A stretch of 64,000 bases of DNA, from the NCBI GenBank assembly GCA_964635635.1, contig CAZWPE010000006.1, positions 42,488 to 106,487 of the forward strand, written 5' to 3'. Below are positions 8,701 to 18,276 of this stretch, piece by piece. The position numbers and the translations under genes were made by a program. The notes beneath the pieces were generated by a model. It saw only the letters and a program-made list of their open reading frames with translations, ran no database searches and was not told the origin of the DNA. Numbering within the stretch: the stretch's first letter is position 1; each line of letters begins with the position of its first letter. The stretch comes from an uncultured Myxococcaceae bacterium (GTDB lineage: Bacteria; Myxococcota; UBA727; JABDBI01).

Positions 8701-9867
8701 ATGATTCCTCGTTTGTTAGAGCTTCCGAGAGATTATAGCATACTGCTATTTGGGCCCAGAGGTTGCGGTAAGAGCACCCTTGTTCAATCTATTTTTTCGA
8801 GCAGCGCAGCGTATCGCATCGACCTATTGGAAGCCAGAGTAGAGCAAGAGTATGCATCCAACCCTGATGAGTTAATACCCGTCATACGGGCCCTTCATCC
8901 AAACATTAGCCACGTAATCATTGACGAAGTCCAAAAGGTCCCAAAGCTTCTGGACGTTGTTCATAAGCTTATCGAGGAAAAGGTCCCTCAGCAGTTTGTC
9001 TTAACCGGCTCGAGCGCCCGCAAACTAAAACGAGGCGGAGCAAATCTGCTCGCAGGAAGAGCCTTTGTTTATCACCTTCACCCATTTAGTTTTCTCGAGC
9101 AAGGAACCAATTTCAACCTGAGGATAGCCCTTGAGTTCGGACAGCTCCCGCGCGTTACACAGCTCCCGAATGCAGCTTCAAAAACGCGGCTACTGCAGAC
9201 CTATGTTAGCACGTACCTTAAAGAAGAAATAGCTGCCGAACAGCTGGTGAAGAATCTGGCGCCTTTTCGGAAGTTTTTAGAAGTTGCCGCACAAAGCAAT
9301 GGCAAAATTGTCAATTTTTCGAATATTGCCAACGACACAGGAATCAGTGACCGCACCGTCAAAGAATACTTTTCGATCCTAGAAGATACCCTAGTTGGCT
9401 TCTTTTTGGAGCCCTATGCGGGCTCTTTCAGAAAGCGCCTCGGGCAGAAACCTAAATTCTATCTATTTGATTTGGGCGTAGCTCGCGCTCTCAATCGAAC
9501 GCTCCCTGTAGCGCTTCTACCCCAAACAAAAGCCTATGGCGATGCCTTTGAGCACTTCGTGATTTTAGAGATTCACCGCCTGGTTTCATACTTTCTGCCC
9601 GACTATCGTTTGTCATATCTGCACACCAAAGATGATGAAGAAATTGACCTTATTGTCGATCGACCTGGTCAACCTCTGCTCTGTATTGAAATCAAGAGCG
9701 CGACAGATCTCACAGAAGACAATTTGAATAAGTTCGCCTCTCTGGTTAGCGGTCTTCCCGGCTCCGAGGCTGTCTGTCTATACAACGGTCAGGTTGAAAA
9801 GTTATATGGATCCATTAGAGTTATCCCGTGGGCCGAAGGTATCAAGCGATACTTTTTTCGATCATGA
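8701..9867 (+). CDS. AAA_14 + DUF4143 ATP-binding protein (copy 2)
   Basis: GPRGCGKS, IIDEVQ, LTGSSARKL, LAGRA, PKFYLFD, EEIDLI…IEIKS; start moved to MIPRLL by alignment with the paralogs. Confidence 0.9.
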   Translation: MIPRLLELPRDYSILLFGPRGCGKSTLVQSIFSSSAAYRIDLLEARVEQEYASNPDELIPVIRALHPNISHVIIDEVQKVPKLLDVVHKLIEEKVPQQFVLTGSSARKLKRGGANLLAGRAFVYHLHPFSFLEQGTNFNLRIALEFGQLPRVTQLPNAASKTRLLQTYVSTYLKEEIAAEQLVKNLAPFRKFLEVAAQSNGKIVNFSNIANDTGISDRTVKEYFSILEDTLVGFFLEPYAGSFRKRLGQKPKFYLFDLGVARALNRTLPVALLPQTKAYGDAFEHFVILEIHRLVSYFLPDYRLSYLHTKDDEEIDLIVDRPGQPLLCIEIKSATDLTEDNLNKFASLVSGLPGSEAVCLYNGQVEKLYGSIRVIPWAEGIKRYFFRS

Positions 9868-9901
9868 CTCTAAAGCGCTGTTTTGATTTTAAAACCTTAA
9901 A

Positions 9902-9978
<77 letters not shown>

Positions 9979-10090
9979 TTTCATTTGAAAGGGGGAGTTG
10001 CCCTTGTAGGCGTATTCAGTGAAGGTACCCGGCACTACAGGTTAACAGGCTTGTACTAACAACCAGTTCGGCATTTTTAATGGCTCTCGC

Positions 10091-10127
10091 TTGCCAATAG
10101 CGTGAAAACATAATAATGTTATTATGT
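10091..10127 (+). promoter_or_regulatory. Putative promoter with 9-bp inverted repeat over the -10 element
   Basis: TTGCCA(10091)-17 bp-TAATGT(10114); acataataa-tg-ttattatgt (10108-10127). Confidence 0.55.
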
Positions 10128-10158
10128 CGTGCATTTTAACATTATGCTTTGGTGAGCC

Positions 10159-11334
10159 ATGAAAAATCTTAATCGCCTATTAACACCCCCGACTGATTCC
10201 TTTTTCCTGTTTGGCCCAAGAGGTGTAGGCAAAACAACTTGGGTTCAAGAGCATTTTTCAAATAGTTTACGGCTGGATCTATTGGATAGTCGACTCTTTT
10301 TAAAGCTTTCGAAGGAACCCGCTCTTCTATCTGCCATTATCGGAAACCTGCCTAAAAACTCCTGGGTCTGCATTGATGAAATCCAGCGTGTCCCCATGTT
10401 GCTCAATGAAGTACAGCGTCTCATGACAGAAAAATCTTTCCGATTTGTACTGACAGGTTCATCGGCTCGCAAATTAAAAAGACAGGGTGCGAATCTGTTG
10501 GGTGGGAGAGCCCTCGTTGCCAACATGGAAGGACTTAGCTGCCAAGAATTAGGGGCCCATGCGAACATTAACTCTCTCATAACCATGGGCACCTTACCTT
10601 TGGTTGTTAATAAACCTGATCTGGCTAAAGATATTTTGGATGCCTATCTTTCAACCTACATCAAAGAAGAAATCCGCGAAGAAGGTATTATTCGCAAGGT
10701 AGAGCCATTCCTAAGATTTATAGAGATTGCCGGAGCAATGAATGCGCAAAAAGTGAACCACCAAAATATCGCGAGAGACGCAATGGTGCCCGGAAGTAAT
10801 GTCCAGAATTATTTCAGCATTTTGGTGGATACATTGGTGGGCCATTTCCTTCCGGCATATCGGCCTGCCCTTAAAGTTCGTGAAGTTAGTCATCCCAAAT
10901 TTTATTGGTTCGACCCCGGCGTGGCCCGGGCTGCAGCAGGGATGATGCGCGAAGAGATTGAGCCCGTTAGTCTTGGCTATGCATTGGAAACGCTTGTATA
11001 TCATGAACTCAGGGTATTTAATCAAACCCACAATAAGCATAGAAATATTTATTTTTATGAAACCGGAGCCGGATCTGAGATTGATTTTGTGATTGAAAAC
11101 CGCAAAAAAACGCACTCTCAGAAAGCCTCCCTGGTATGTATTGAGGTTAAGAATTCAAAAACCTGGAACAGTAGTTGGGAATCAGCTATTCGAAGCGTTC
11201 AAAAAGAAAATAAAGTAATTGTCGAAAAAGCCATCGGGATTTACCGTGGCCATGAAAAGCTCGAGTTTGAAAACTTTACTGTCTATCCAGTTGAGCAGTT
11301 CATAAGATTTCTGTACCAGGGAGCAATTTTTTAG
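10159..11334 (+). CDS. AAA_14 + DUF4143 ATP-binding protein (copy 3)
   Basis: GPRGVGKT, CIDEIQ, LTGSSARKL, LGGRA, PKFYWFD, EIDFVI…IEVKN. Confidence 0.9.
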   Translation: MKNLNRLLTPPTDSFFLFGPRGVGKTTWVQEHFSNSLRLDLLDSRLFLKLSKEPALLSAIIGNLPKNSWVCIDEIQRVPMLLNEVQRLMTEKSFRFVLTGSSARKLKRQGANLLGGRALVANMEGLSCQELGAHANINSLITMGTLPLVVNKPDLAKDILDAYLSTYIKEEIREEGIIRKVEPFLRFIEIAGAMNAQKVNHQNIARDAMVPGSNVQNYFSILVDTLVGHFLPAYRPALKVREVSHPKFYWFDPGVARAAAGMMREEIEPVSLGYALETLVYHELRVFNQTHNKHRNIYFYETGAGSEIDFVIENRKKTHSQKASLVCIEVKNSKTWNSSWESAIRSVQKENKVIVEKAIGIYRGHEKLEFENFTVYPVEQFIRFLYQGAIF

Positions 11335-11359
11335 AATTGTTTTGATTGCCAACCTTAAA

Positions 11360-11436
<77 letters not shown>

Positions 11437-11510
11437 CTTATGCACTTAAAAGGAGGAGTTGCCCTTGTAGGCCGATTCAGTTAAACCCGTCAATAGAGGA
11501 GTTTTCGATT

Positions 11511-12053
11511 ATGCAAATTTCAGTTACTTTTCGCCACCTGGACTCCAGCGATGCCCTGCGCCAACACGCAGAAAACAAGCTCGCTCACTTGACCAAGTAC
11601 TTAGATCCGGCTGCCGAAGCTCATGTTGTTCTGAGTGTTGGGAAACACAGTCAAAAAGCGGACATCCAAGTCTCTTCACATGGCATGTTCATGCGCGGTA
11701 AAGAAGAGTCCGGAGACATGTACAACTCGATCGAAAGAGCGGTCGAAAAACTCGAAAAGCAGGTTAAACGCTACAAAGACAAGCTGGTTGGTCACAAACC
11801 GCGCGAAGGTGCCAAACTCAAAGTTAAGTTCAACACAATCGCCGAACACGAAGTTGAGACTGCACCTGCAATGCCTAAAGACATTCTAGAGACCAAAGAA
11901 GTCTTTGCTAGGCCCATGGGTGTTGATGAAGCCGTCATGCAAATGGACCTTTTGGGCAGTGAAATTTTGGTATTCCTCAATGCTAAAACCGAGCACCTCA
12001 ACATCATCTACCGCAAAAAAGGCCGCGGTTATGGCCTAATCGAAACCCTGTGA
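11511..12053 (+). CDS. hpf: Ribosome hibernation promoting factor (long HPF)
   Basis: MQISVTFRHLDSSDALRQHAENKL…DMYNSIERAVEKLEKQVKRYK; C-terminal RPMGVDEAVMQMDLL…NIIYRKK. Confidence 0.95.
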   Translation: MQISVTFRHLDSSDALRQHAENKLAHLTKYLDPAAEAHVVLSVGKHSQKADIQVSSHGMFMRGKEESGDMYNSIERAVEKLEKQVKRYKDKLVGHKPREGAKLKVKFNTIAEHEVETAPAMPKDILETKEVFARPMGVDEAVMQMDLLGSEILVFLNAKTEHLNIIYRKKGRGYGLIETL

Positions 12054-12877
12054 TTGCCATTACTGGACTATCCGGCGCCGGGAAATCCACCGCCGCCAAA
12101 GTTTTGGAAGATGCTGGCTACTTTGTCGTAGACAATTTGCCGGCAGAACTCCTCACGCAGTACATGCGTCTTGAAGAGCATGGGGCTCATAAAAAGCCCC
12201 TGGCCTTTGTGATTGATTCCCGAGAAGCCGAGCACCTCAAGGAGTTTTGCGACCGCTGGCTGAGCTATTCGCATGGGTCTTTATGGTTTTTTGAAGCCTC
12301 AAATGCCACCATCATTAAGCGCTTTCAAGAAACTCGAAGGCCCCACCCCTTAGATGCAAACGGCCAGGGTGTCCAAGAGGGTATTGAAGCCGAGCGTGAG
12401 GTACTCGAACCGCTCAAGGCTCTGGCTGACCAGGTAATTACGACCGATGCCTTTGGGCCTCATGATTTAAAAGCCCATATTAAAGGGCTATTAGATAAGC
12501 CCCACGGCCTTAATATCACCCTTCTGAGTTTTGGCTTCAAGCACGGGATCCCGGAAGAGCTCGACCTGTGTTTCGATGTCAGATTCTTGAAAAACCCCTA
12601 TTTTGTTGAAGGACTTCGAAGTCTCACGGGTCTTGAAAAGGCGGTGCAAGAATATGTTCTATCGTTTCCAGATGCTGGTGCATTTTTAGAAAAAACCGCT
12701 GAGTTGCTGGGGTTCTTGATCCCGCGCTATGAGGCAGAAAACAAAACCTACCTAACCATTGCGATTGGGTGCACCGGCGGGAAACACCGCTCTGTCGTTC
12801 TATCCAGAGAACTTTCGCGCCGGCTAGAAGCTTTGGGATATGCGCTTCGAGTCAAGCATCGGGATATTGTCAAATGA
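12050..12877 (+). CDS. rapZ: RNase adapter RapZ (YvcJ family)
   Basis: ITGLSGAGKS, VDNLP, RFQETRRPHPL, SFGFKHG, FDVRFL.NPYF, IGCTGGKHRSV. Confidence 0.95.
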   Translation: MIAITGLSGAGKSTAAKVLEDAGYFVVDNLPAELLTQYMRLEEHGAHKKPLAFVIDSREAEHLKEFCDRWLSYSHGSLWFFEASNATIIKRFQETRRPHPLDANGQGVQEGIEAEREVLEPLKALADQVITTDAFGPHDLKAHIKGLLDKPHGLNITLLSFGFKHGIPEELDLCFDVRFLKNPYFVEGLRSLTGLEKAVQEYVLSFPDAGAFLEKTAELLGFLIPRYEAENKTYLTIAIGCTGGKHRSVVLSRELSRRLEALGYALRVKHRDIVK

Positions 12878-13566
12878 GGTACCTCGCTCTCGCTTTGCTT
12901 CTTGCCTGCGCACCAAAGCCCGAACCCAAACCAACTTACATTCAAGCTGAAAAGCTCTTTGAGAAACAAGACTTCATTGCCAGCGCCACCATGCTCTCTA
13001 AATTGTTAGATGAAGAGCCCAAACTCCCAAGAGCTCGCAATTTACTGGCCCGATGCTTCTTCTTCTTGGGTAATCCAGACCGCAGCATCGAAGAGCTATC
13101 GCTGGTCTTAAACTATACTCCCGTTGCCAGTGAAGAAAGCCTAGATGCCCTATTTTTGCTAGGAGCTGTCAGTTTAGAAGCTCCTCAGCTGTCTGAAAAA
13201 AACCGCCTCAAAGGCCAGAAAGCCTGGGAGTTCTATCTCAAAGTAGCCCCAAAGAGTCAGCTCAAAGATCAAGTGACTCAAGGCCTCGCTGAAATGCGAG
13301 CTCTGAAAAACCCAGCAAAAGCAACCGAGCTAGCAAGAGCTTATGTTCAAAAAAGTCAGCCTGGCAAAGCTCTTTCAATCTTTGAGCGCATTACACGATC
13401 GAATCCTAATTATGTTCCGGCATGGCACTACCAAGGTATGGCGCATATTATGTCCGGAAATCCAAAAGCCGCTGTCCAAAGCTGGCAAGAGGTCTTACGC
13501 AAAGATCCTGTTTATGCCAAGAAATTTAAGCTAGATGAGCGCATTCGCGTGGCGGAGAATTTATGA
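12874..13566 (+). CDS. TPR-repeat lipoprotein
   Basis: MRYLALALLLA-C lipobox; helical TPR-like units (AWHYQGMAHIMSGNPKAAVQSWQEVL). Confidence 0.75.
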   Translation: MRYLALALLLACAPKPEPKPTYIQAEKLFEKQDFIASATMLSKLLDEEPKLPRARNLLARCFFFLGNPDRSIEELSLVLNYTPVASEESLDALFLLGAVSLEAPQLSEKNRLKGQKAWEFYLKVAPKSQLKDQVTQGLAEMRALKNPAKATELARAYVQKSQPGKALSIFERITRSNPNYVPAWHYQGMAHIMSGNPKAAVQSWQEVLRKDPVYAKKFKLDERIRVAENL

Positions 13567-14306
13567 CTGAAGTTTTAGAAACCCTGGAAGGCTGGTACAT
13601 TTCTCATGATTTTAGATACTTTGATTGGGCTGCTTGGGGTGAGCTTTCAGAACGAGAAAAGCAAGAAATCTTAGAAAACTTCAGAGCCACTTATCATGCG
13701 GCCGATGCCCACAATACACATCGCTCCGGCTCTTTCGGAATGTATGAAATTTTGGGTGCTAAAGCGGATTATCTCTTCCTAAACTTACGCTCCAGCTTGG
13801 AAGAGTTGGCGGACGCAGAACGCGCATTTTCAAAAACCACTTTGTCACAGTTTATGCCCAAGTCTTATGCTTACACGGCTGTGGCTGAGTTGAGCAATTA
13901 CGTGCACAGCACAGAGACTCGAACCCCTGAAGCCCAGGCGATGATTGATAAACGTTTAAAGCCTGCTTTGCCTGAGTTTAATCACGTTTGCTTTTACCCC
14001 ATGAACAAGCGCCGCGGTGAGACCGAAAACTGGTACACGCAAAACTTAGAAGAACGTAAGCGCATGATGCGCGACCACGGGATGACTGGGCGAAAATATG
14101 CGGGCAAAATCGTCCAAATGATCGGCGGTTCAATTGGGTTTGATGACTGGGAGTGGGGCGTAACTCTTTTCGCTAACGAAGCACTCGATATCAAACATAT
14201 TGTGACTGAGATGCGTTTTGATGAAGTCAGCGCCCGTTTTGCAGAGTTTGGACCCTTTTACCTGGGAAACCGTGTGACTCTTGAGCATCTGAGGAACTTA
14301 ATTTGA
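13563..14306 (+). CDS. chdC: Coproheme decarboxylase (HemQ/ChdC, chlorite dismutase superfamily)
   Basis: CFYPMNKRR, NWY, MMRDHGMTGRKYAG, GSIGFDDWEWGVTLF, MRFDEVSARFAEFGPFY. Confidence 0.85.
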   Translation: MTEVLETLEGWYISHDFRYFDWAAWGELSEREKQEILENFRATYHAADAHNTHRSGSFGMYEILGAKADYLFLNLRSSLEELADAERAFSKTTLSQFMPKSYAYTAVAELSNYVHSTETRTPEAQAMIDKRLKPALPEFNHVCFYPMNKRRGETENWYTQNLEERKRMMRDHGMTGRKYAGKIVQMIGGSIGFDDWEWGVTLFANEALDIKHIVTEMRFDEVSARFAEFGPFYLGNRVTLEHLRNLI

Positions 14307-15079
14307 CACGGGTTGTGGTCAAAATTGGCAGCCAGACCATTGTAGACAATTCTGGTGCTCTCAATGTATCATGGCTGTCGGACTTGATGCGCCAAATCAC
14401 AGAGCTTAAACAAGCCGGTTTTGATATCGTACTCGTGAGTTCTGGCGCTGTTGCTTCAGGATCTGGACTCACATCCACCCATAAGCCTTTGTCTTGCAAC
14501 TCAGAGGTCGCTAAAAGACAAATTCTGGCAAGCCTTGGGCAAGCTAAGTTAATCGAGACCTATAATGGCTTACTCCTGAAGCATGGCCTACTGGCGTCAC
14601 AAATCCTACTCACCAAGCAAGATTTCAAGACCAAAGAGCATTACCACAACATCACACTGCTCTTTTTGGAGCTCCTGGCTCAAAATCATATTTTACCAAT
14701 CGTCAATGAGAACGACACGGTGGCTATCACAGAGCTCATGTTTACCGACAATGATGAACTAGCAGGTCTTGTGGCCACACTCGTGCGCGCAGAAGCTCTG
14801 GTGATTCTAACTAATGTGGCCGGTATTTATGATAGAAATCCGAGTGACCCTGATGCACGAGTGATTCGATCGATTAATGCCCAAAAAAATAAATGGCCCA
14901 AAATCACAGCATCCAAAAGCGAACTTGGTCGAGGAGGTATGCAGAGCAAGCTAGCAACCGCAAAACGTATGGCTAAAGCAGGCATTCGAACCCATATCGC
15001 GAGCGCTAGCGAACCTGATTGCCTCACTGGACTGCTTCGCCATGCTCGCAGTGACGTTGGAACTACTATTCTGCCATGA
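14303..15079 (+). CDS. proB: Glutamate 5-kinase (no PUA domain)
   Basis: VVVKIGS, LVSSGAVA, PIVNENDTV, DNDELA, GGMQSKL. Confidence 0.95.
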   Translation: MTRVVVKIGSQTIVDNSGALNVSWLSDLMRQITELKQAGFDIVLVSSGAVASGSGLTSTHKPLSCNSEVAKRQILASLGQAKLIETYNGLLLKHGLLASQILLTKQDFKTKEHYHNITLLFLELLAQNHILPIVNENDTVAITELMFTDNDELAGLVATLVRAEALVILTNVAGIYDRNPSDPDARVIRSINAQKNKWPKITASKSELGRGGMQSKLATAKRMAKAGIRTHIASASEPDCLTGLLRHARSDVGTTILP

Positions 15080-16248
15080 CAAATTTATTTGAGAAAGCTC
15101 AAGGTGCAAGCCGAACCCTGGCCGGGCTATCAGAAGAAACCAATCAAAACGTTCTATTAGATTTTGCAAAACGTTTACGTGTACATCAAGCTGATTTGCT
15201 GGCCGCGAATCGTTTGGATTTAAAGGCGATGCCTGAATCAGACCCTCGGTATGACCGATTGCTCTTAAATAACTCTCGCATCGAAGCAATGGCTGAGGCA
15301 GTTGAAGCTGTGGCGCACCTGCCCTCCCCTTGTAGTGTGATCCTCGAAGAAAATACACGTCCCAATGGTCTTTTAATTCAACGCATGAGTGTTCCTCTCG
15401 GTGTTGTAGGCATGATTTATGAAGCCAGGCCCAATGTGACAGCTGATGCATTTGCTTTGTGCTTTCGCTCTTTAAACGCTTGTGTTTTGAAGGGTGGCAG
15501 CGAAGCACAACACTCAAACGAAGCCATCATCAAGCTAATTCACCAAGCACTAGAGACGTTTGGCCTGGATAAGCACTGCGCTGTTTTATTGCCTGCAGAG
15601 CGCTCAGCAACGCAGGCCTTGCTGGAAGCAGATAAGTTTGTGGATGTTATTATCCCCAGAGGAAGTCAGCAATTAATCGACTATGTTCGAAAAAACGCCC
15701 GGGTACCCGTGATTGAAACCGGTGCAGGTGTCGTTCATACTTACTTCGATAAATATGGCGACATCACCAAAGGCAAAGCGATTATCGACAATGCCAAAAC
15801 CAGGCGGGTCAGTGTTTGCAATGCTTTGGACACACTTTTGATTCATCAAGACCGTCTAGAAGACCTCCCAGCGTTGCTAAAACCCTTGCGAGATAAAGGC
15901 GTAGAAATTTGCGAAGAATACGGCCAAGAATTTCTTTCCATGAAAATGTCTATTCGGGTGGTGGCTAATTTAGAAGAAACCCTAGAGCACATCCAACGCT
16001 ATGGGTCCAAACACAGCGAAGCGATTATCACTGAAGACCAAGAAACCTCAGAACGGTTCTTAAAACAAGTTGATGCGGCAGCTGTCTATGTAAACGCCTC
16101 TACTGCATTTACCGATGGTGGAGAGTTCGGACTAGGCGCTGAAATAGGAATTAGCACCCAGAAACTCCATGCCCGAGGGCCTTTTGCTCTCAAGGCCCTC
16201 ACAAGCTATAAGTGGCTGATTAGAGGACAGGGTCAGACACGCCCCTGA
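15076..16248 (+). CDS. proA: Gamma-glutamyl phosphate reductase
   Basis: PLGVVGMIYEARPNVT, LKGGSE, IIPRG, VCNALDTLL, GAEIGISTQKLHARGP. Confidence 0.95.
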   Translation: MTNLFEKAQGASRTLAGLSEETNQNVLLDFAKRLRVHQADLLAANRLDLKAMPESDPRYDRLLLNNSRIEAMAEAVEAVAHLPSPCSVILEENTRPNGLLIQRMSVPLGVVGMIYEARPNVTADAFALCFRSLNACVLKGGSEAQHSNEAIIKLIHQALETFGLDKHCAVLLPAERSATQALLEADKFVDVIIPRGSQQLIDYVRKNARVPVIETGAGVVHTYFDKYGDITKGKAIIDNAKTRRVSVCNALDTLLIHQDRLEDLPALLKPLRDKGVEICEEYGQEFLSMKMSIRVVANLEETLEHIQRYGSKHSEAIITEDQETSERFLKQVDAAAVYVNASTAFTDGGEFGLGAEIGISTQKLHARGPFALKALTSYKWLIRGQGQTRP

Positions 16249-17296
16249 TATCCCCAGCGCAAACTTCAAAAACTTGGCTAGGCATCCAACCATTAGGCAA
16301 CATTGACAAATGCGTTGTCGTCACCAAAGTTTGAGCTTCCAAATGCGTCACCGTTTCTAAAAGCCTCGCCGCATAATTAGGGTCGAGTTCTCCAACAATA
16401 TCATCCAGCAACAATACAGGTTTAAGACCACGTCTAGCATATACTGCTTGGAGTTGAGCAATTTTGAACGCAAGCACAATCAATCTTGCTTGACCCCTGG
16501 AAGCTGTAAATCGTGCTGGGTGGCCATTTAAATTGACATCCAAGTCGTCCAGATGTGGACCTCGAAGTGTCGTTTTACGTGCACGCTCCTCGCCTAGAAT
16601 CTTTGCTAAAGCAGTTTTCAGATCGCCAGCACTGGTTGGAGCATAATCCAGACTAGCCAACAGTTGGCCATCTGAAAGTTGCTGCATAGCCTCAGTAAAA
16701 TAGGGTTTCATGATATCGAGAGCCTCAAAACGCAGGCGTTCTAATTCACGAGCAATCCCAGACAAAACTTCGGTGAAAGATTCTAGTTCTTTAAGATCTA
16801 CGATGGGCTGCTTGAGCAAACGGTTGCGCTGAGCCAAAACTCGATCGTACTGACGATAATAGAGAACATAGTTAGGACTCAAACTTGCGCTAGCTTGGTC
16901 CAAGAGCCGCCGCCGCAACGCAGCACCTCCTAGAATCGCACCTAAATCTTCCGGCACAAAAGATACCACAGATACTTTTTCAGCTAATGCCTGGCTGTCG
17001 CGCGTCGGCTTTCCATTAATTTTAACTTTTTTGCCATCAGGCGTAAGATCTATTTGAACCTGTGTATTCTCAAACTCAGCCTGTATACGCGCATGTGTTT
17101 CGCCAAATTGAATCAAATCACTGGTATGCCGAACAGCTCGCAAGGGTCTCAGTTGGAGTGCTAACGAAATTGCGTCCAGCAAATTAGTTTTGCCTTGGCC
17201 GTTAGCGCCAACAAATACAGTCATACCCGGGCCGAGAGAAGCCATAATAGATGCCAGGTTTCTAAAACAAGTAACTTTGATCGATTTAAGATTCAC
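16220..17296 (-). CDS. recF: DNA replication/repair protein RecF
   Basis: FRNL, GANGQGKTNLLDAI, GPHLDDL, ASRGQ, PVLLLDDIVGELD. Confidence 0.93.
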   Translation of the reverse strand: MNLKSIKVTCFRNLASIMASLGPGMTVFVGANGQGKTNLLDAISLALQLRPLRAVRHTSDLIQFGETHARIQAEFENTQVQIDLTPDGKKVKINGKPTRDSQALAEKVSVVSFVPEDLGAILGGAALRRRLLDQASASLSPNYVLYYRQYDRVLAQRNRLLKQPIVDLKELESFTEVLSGIARELERLRFEALDIMKPYFTEAMQQLSDGQLLASLDYAPTSAGDLKTALAKILGEERARKTTLRGPHLDDLDVNLNGHPARFTASRGQARLIVLAFKIAQLQAVYARRGLKPVLLLDDIVGELDPNYAARLLETVTHLEAQTLVTTTHLSMLPNGWMPSQVFEVCAGDIRGVSDPVL

Positions 17297-17801
17297 GCTC
17301 TTTTAGTGCTGCTTCGAGTCTGAGCTGATAATCTGCTTTAAGTTTTTTGTCTGTCTCAGCACTCACCAAGCTTTGCAACACTTCGATACGTTGTTCATCA
17401 GTTTTTGCAATAGCTGGCTTTGATGCATTCTGCTCACGCATAAATGTACTCAAATAATCGAGAGCAAGTGCCTTGAGAGGCATTTCGGAGTCTTCAGCCA
17501 CCAGACGCTTAAGCATGTTGATTGAATTGTCGAACTGCCCACCAGCCCACAGCATCAGACCATAAGTCAGTCGCGCTTGAGCTCTAGCTTCACAATCCAC
17601 CGTGCAAACCGCTAGCTTGGAGAAAATTGCCTTTGCGCCTTCTAAATCATGCTGCTCATGAAGCATAAAAAGCGCTGTTCGATACAGCGCATTGACTGAG
17701 TCAGCAGAGTCTCTAGACAAACTCAGAACTGCTTTCTTAGCTTTTTCAACTTCAGCCAAGGCTCGTTCTAGATTCGAAAGCAGTTCTGCAGGTGTAGCCA
17801 T
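17286..17801 (-). CDS. Helical TPR-like hypothetical protein
   Basis: All-helical with TPR-like segments (ALYRTALFML…; ARLTYGLMLWAGGQFDNSINMLKRL). Confidence 0.55.
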   Translation of the reverse strand: MATPAELLSNLERALAEVEKAKKAVLSLSRDSADSVNALYRTALFMLHEQHDLEGAKAIFSKLAVCTVDCEARAQARLTYGLMLWAGGQFDNSINMLKRLVAEDSEMPLKALALDYLSTFMREQNASKPAIAKTDEQRIEVLQSLVSAETDKKLKADYQLRLEAALKERES

Positions 17802-17821
17802 AGTATCTAGTGTTATGACAT

Positions 17822-18217
17822 TTAAACGGTCTTGTTTGCAACCTGTCTGCGGCGCCAAATTGCTCCGCCTGCCATCATTGCCAGCACAGCAGCAAAAACA
17901 GCTATGTTCGCAGGAGTTCCTGTTGAGTTGTTTTTACAGTTCTGAAGTTTGGATGTATCAATCTGACAGCCCAGCGTTATGCCTGCTGGTCCCGGGATTT
18001 CGACGCAAAACCCGATGCTCACAGAACCACCTTGAAATTCAATGGTACAGTTAGCACCTACAGATTTACCATCGCAAGCCTCAGCTTGAGCGCGGTAAAA
18101 GCTTGGAACATCCTTAACAATTGTCTTACCGGTACCTTTGGAGGTATCGCCCGCGAAGGACATACTCGAAACGAGAGCCAACCCCAGGACTAAAAGCTTA
18201 TTCTTAAACTTGCGCAT
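17822..18217 (-). CDS. Small secreted Cys-rich protein with MYXO-CTERM-like anchor
   Basis: Signal peptide; ACDGKSVGANC…GFC Cys module; tail C-x-hydrophobic helix-WRRR. Confidence 0.65.
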   Translation of the reverse strand: MRKFKNKLLVLGLALVSSMSFAGDTSKGTGKTIVKDVPSFYRAQAEACDGKSVGANCTIEFQGGSVSIGFCVEIPGPAGITLGCQIDTSKLQNCKNNSTGTPANIAVFAAVLAMMAGGAIWRRRQVANKTV

Positions 18218-18276
18218 ATTTTCTCCTCTCAAAGAGTGATATGCGCTCACAGAACATATTGGCTTAGATGATCACT

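Noticed and set aside
13563-14306. Chlorite dismutase (perchlorate/chlorite detoxification)
   Set aside because: No signal peptide and the motif pattern fits ChdC/HemQ better
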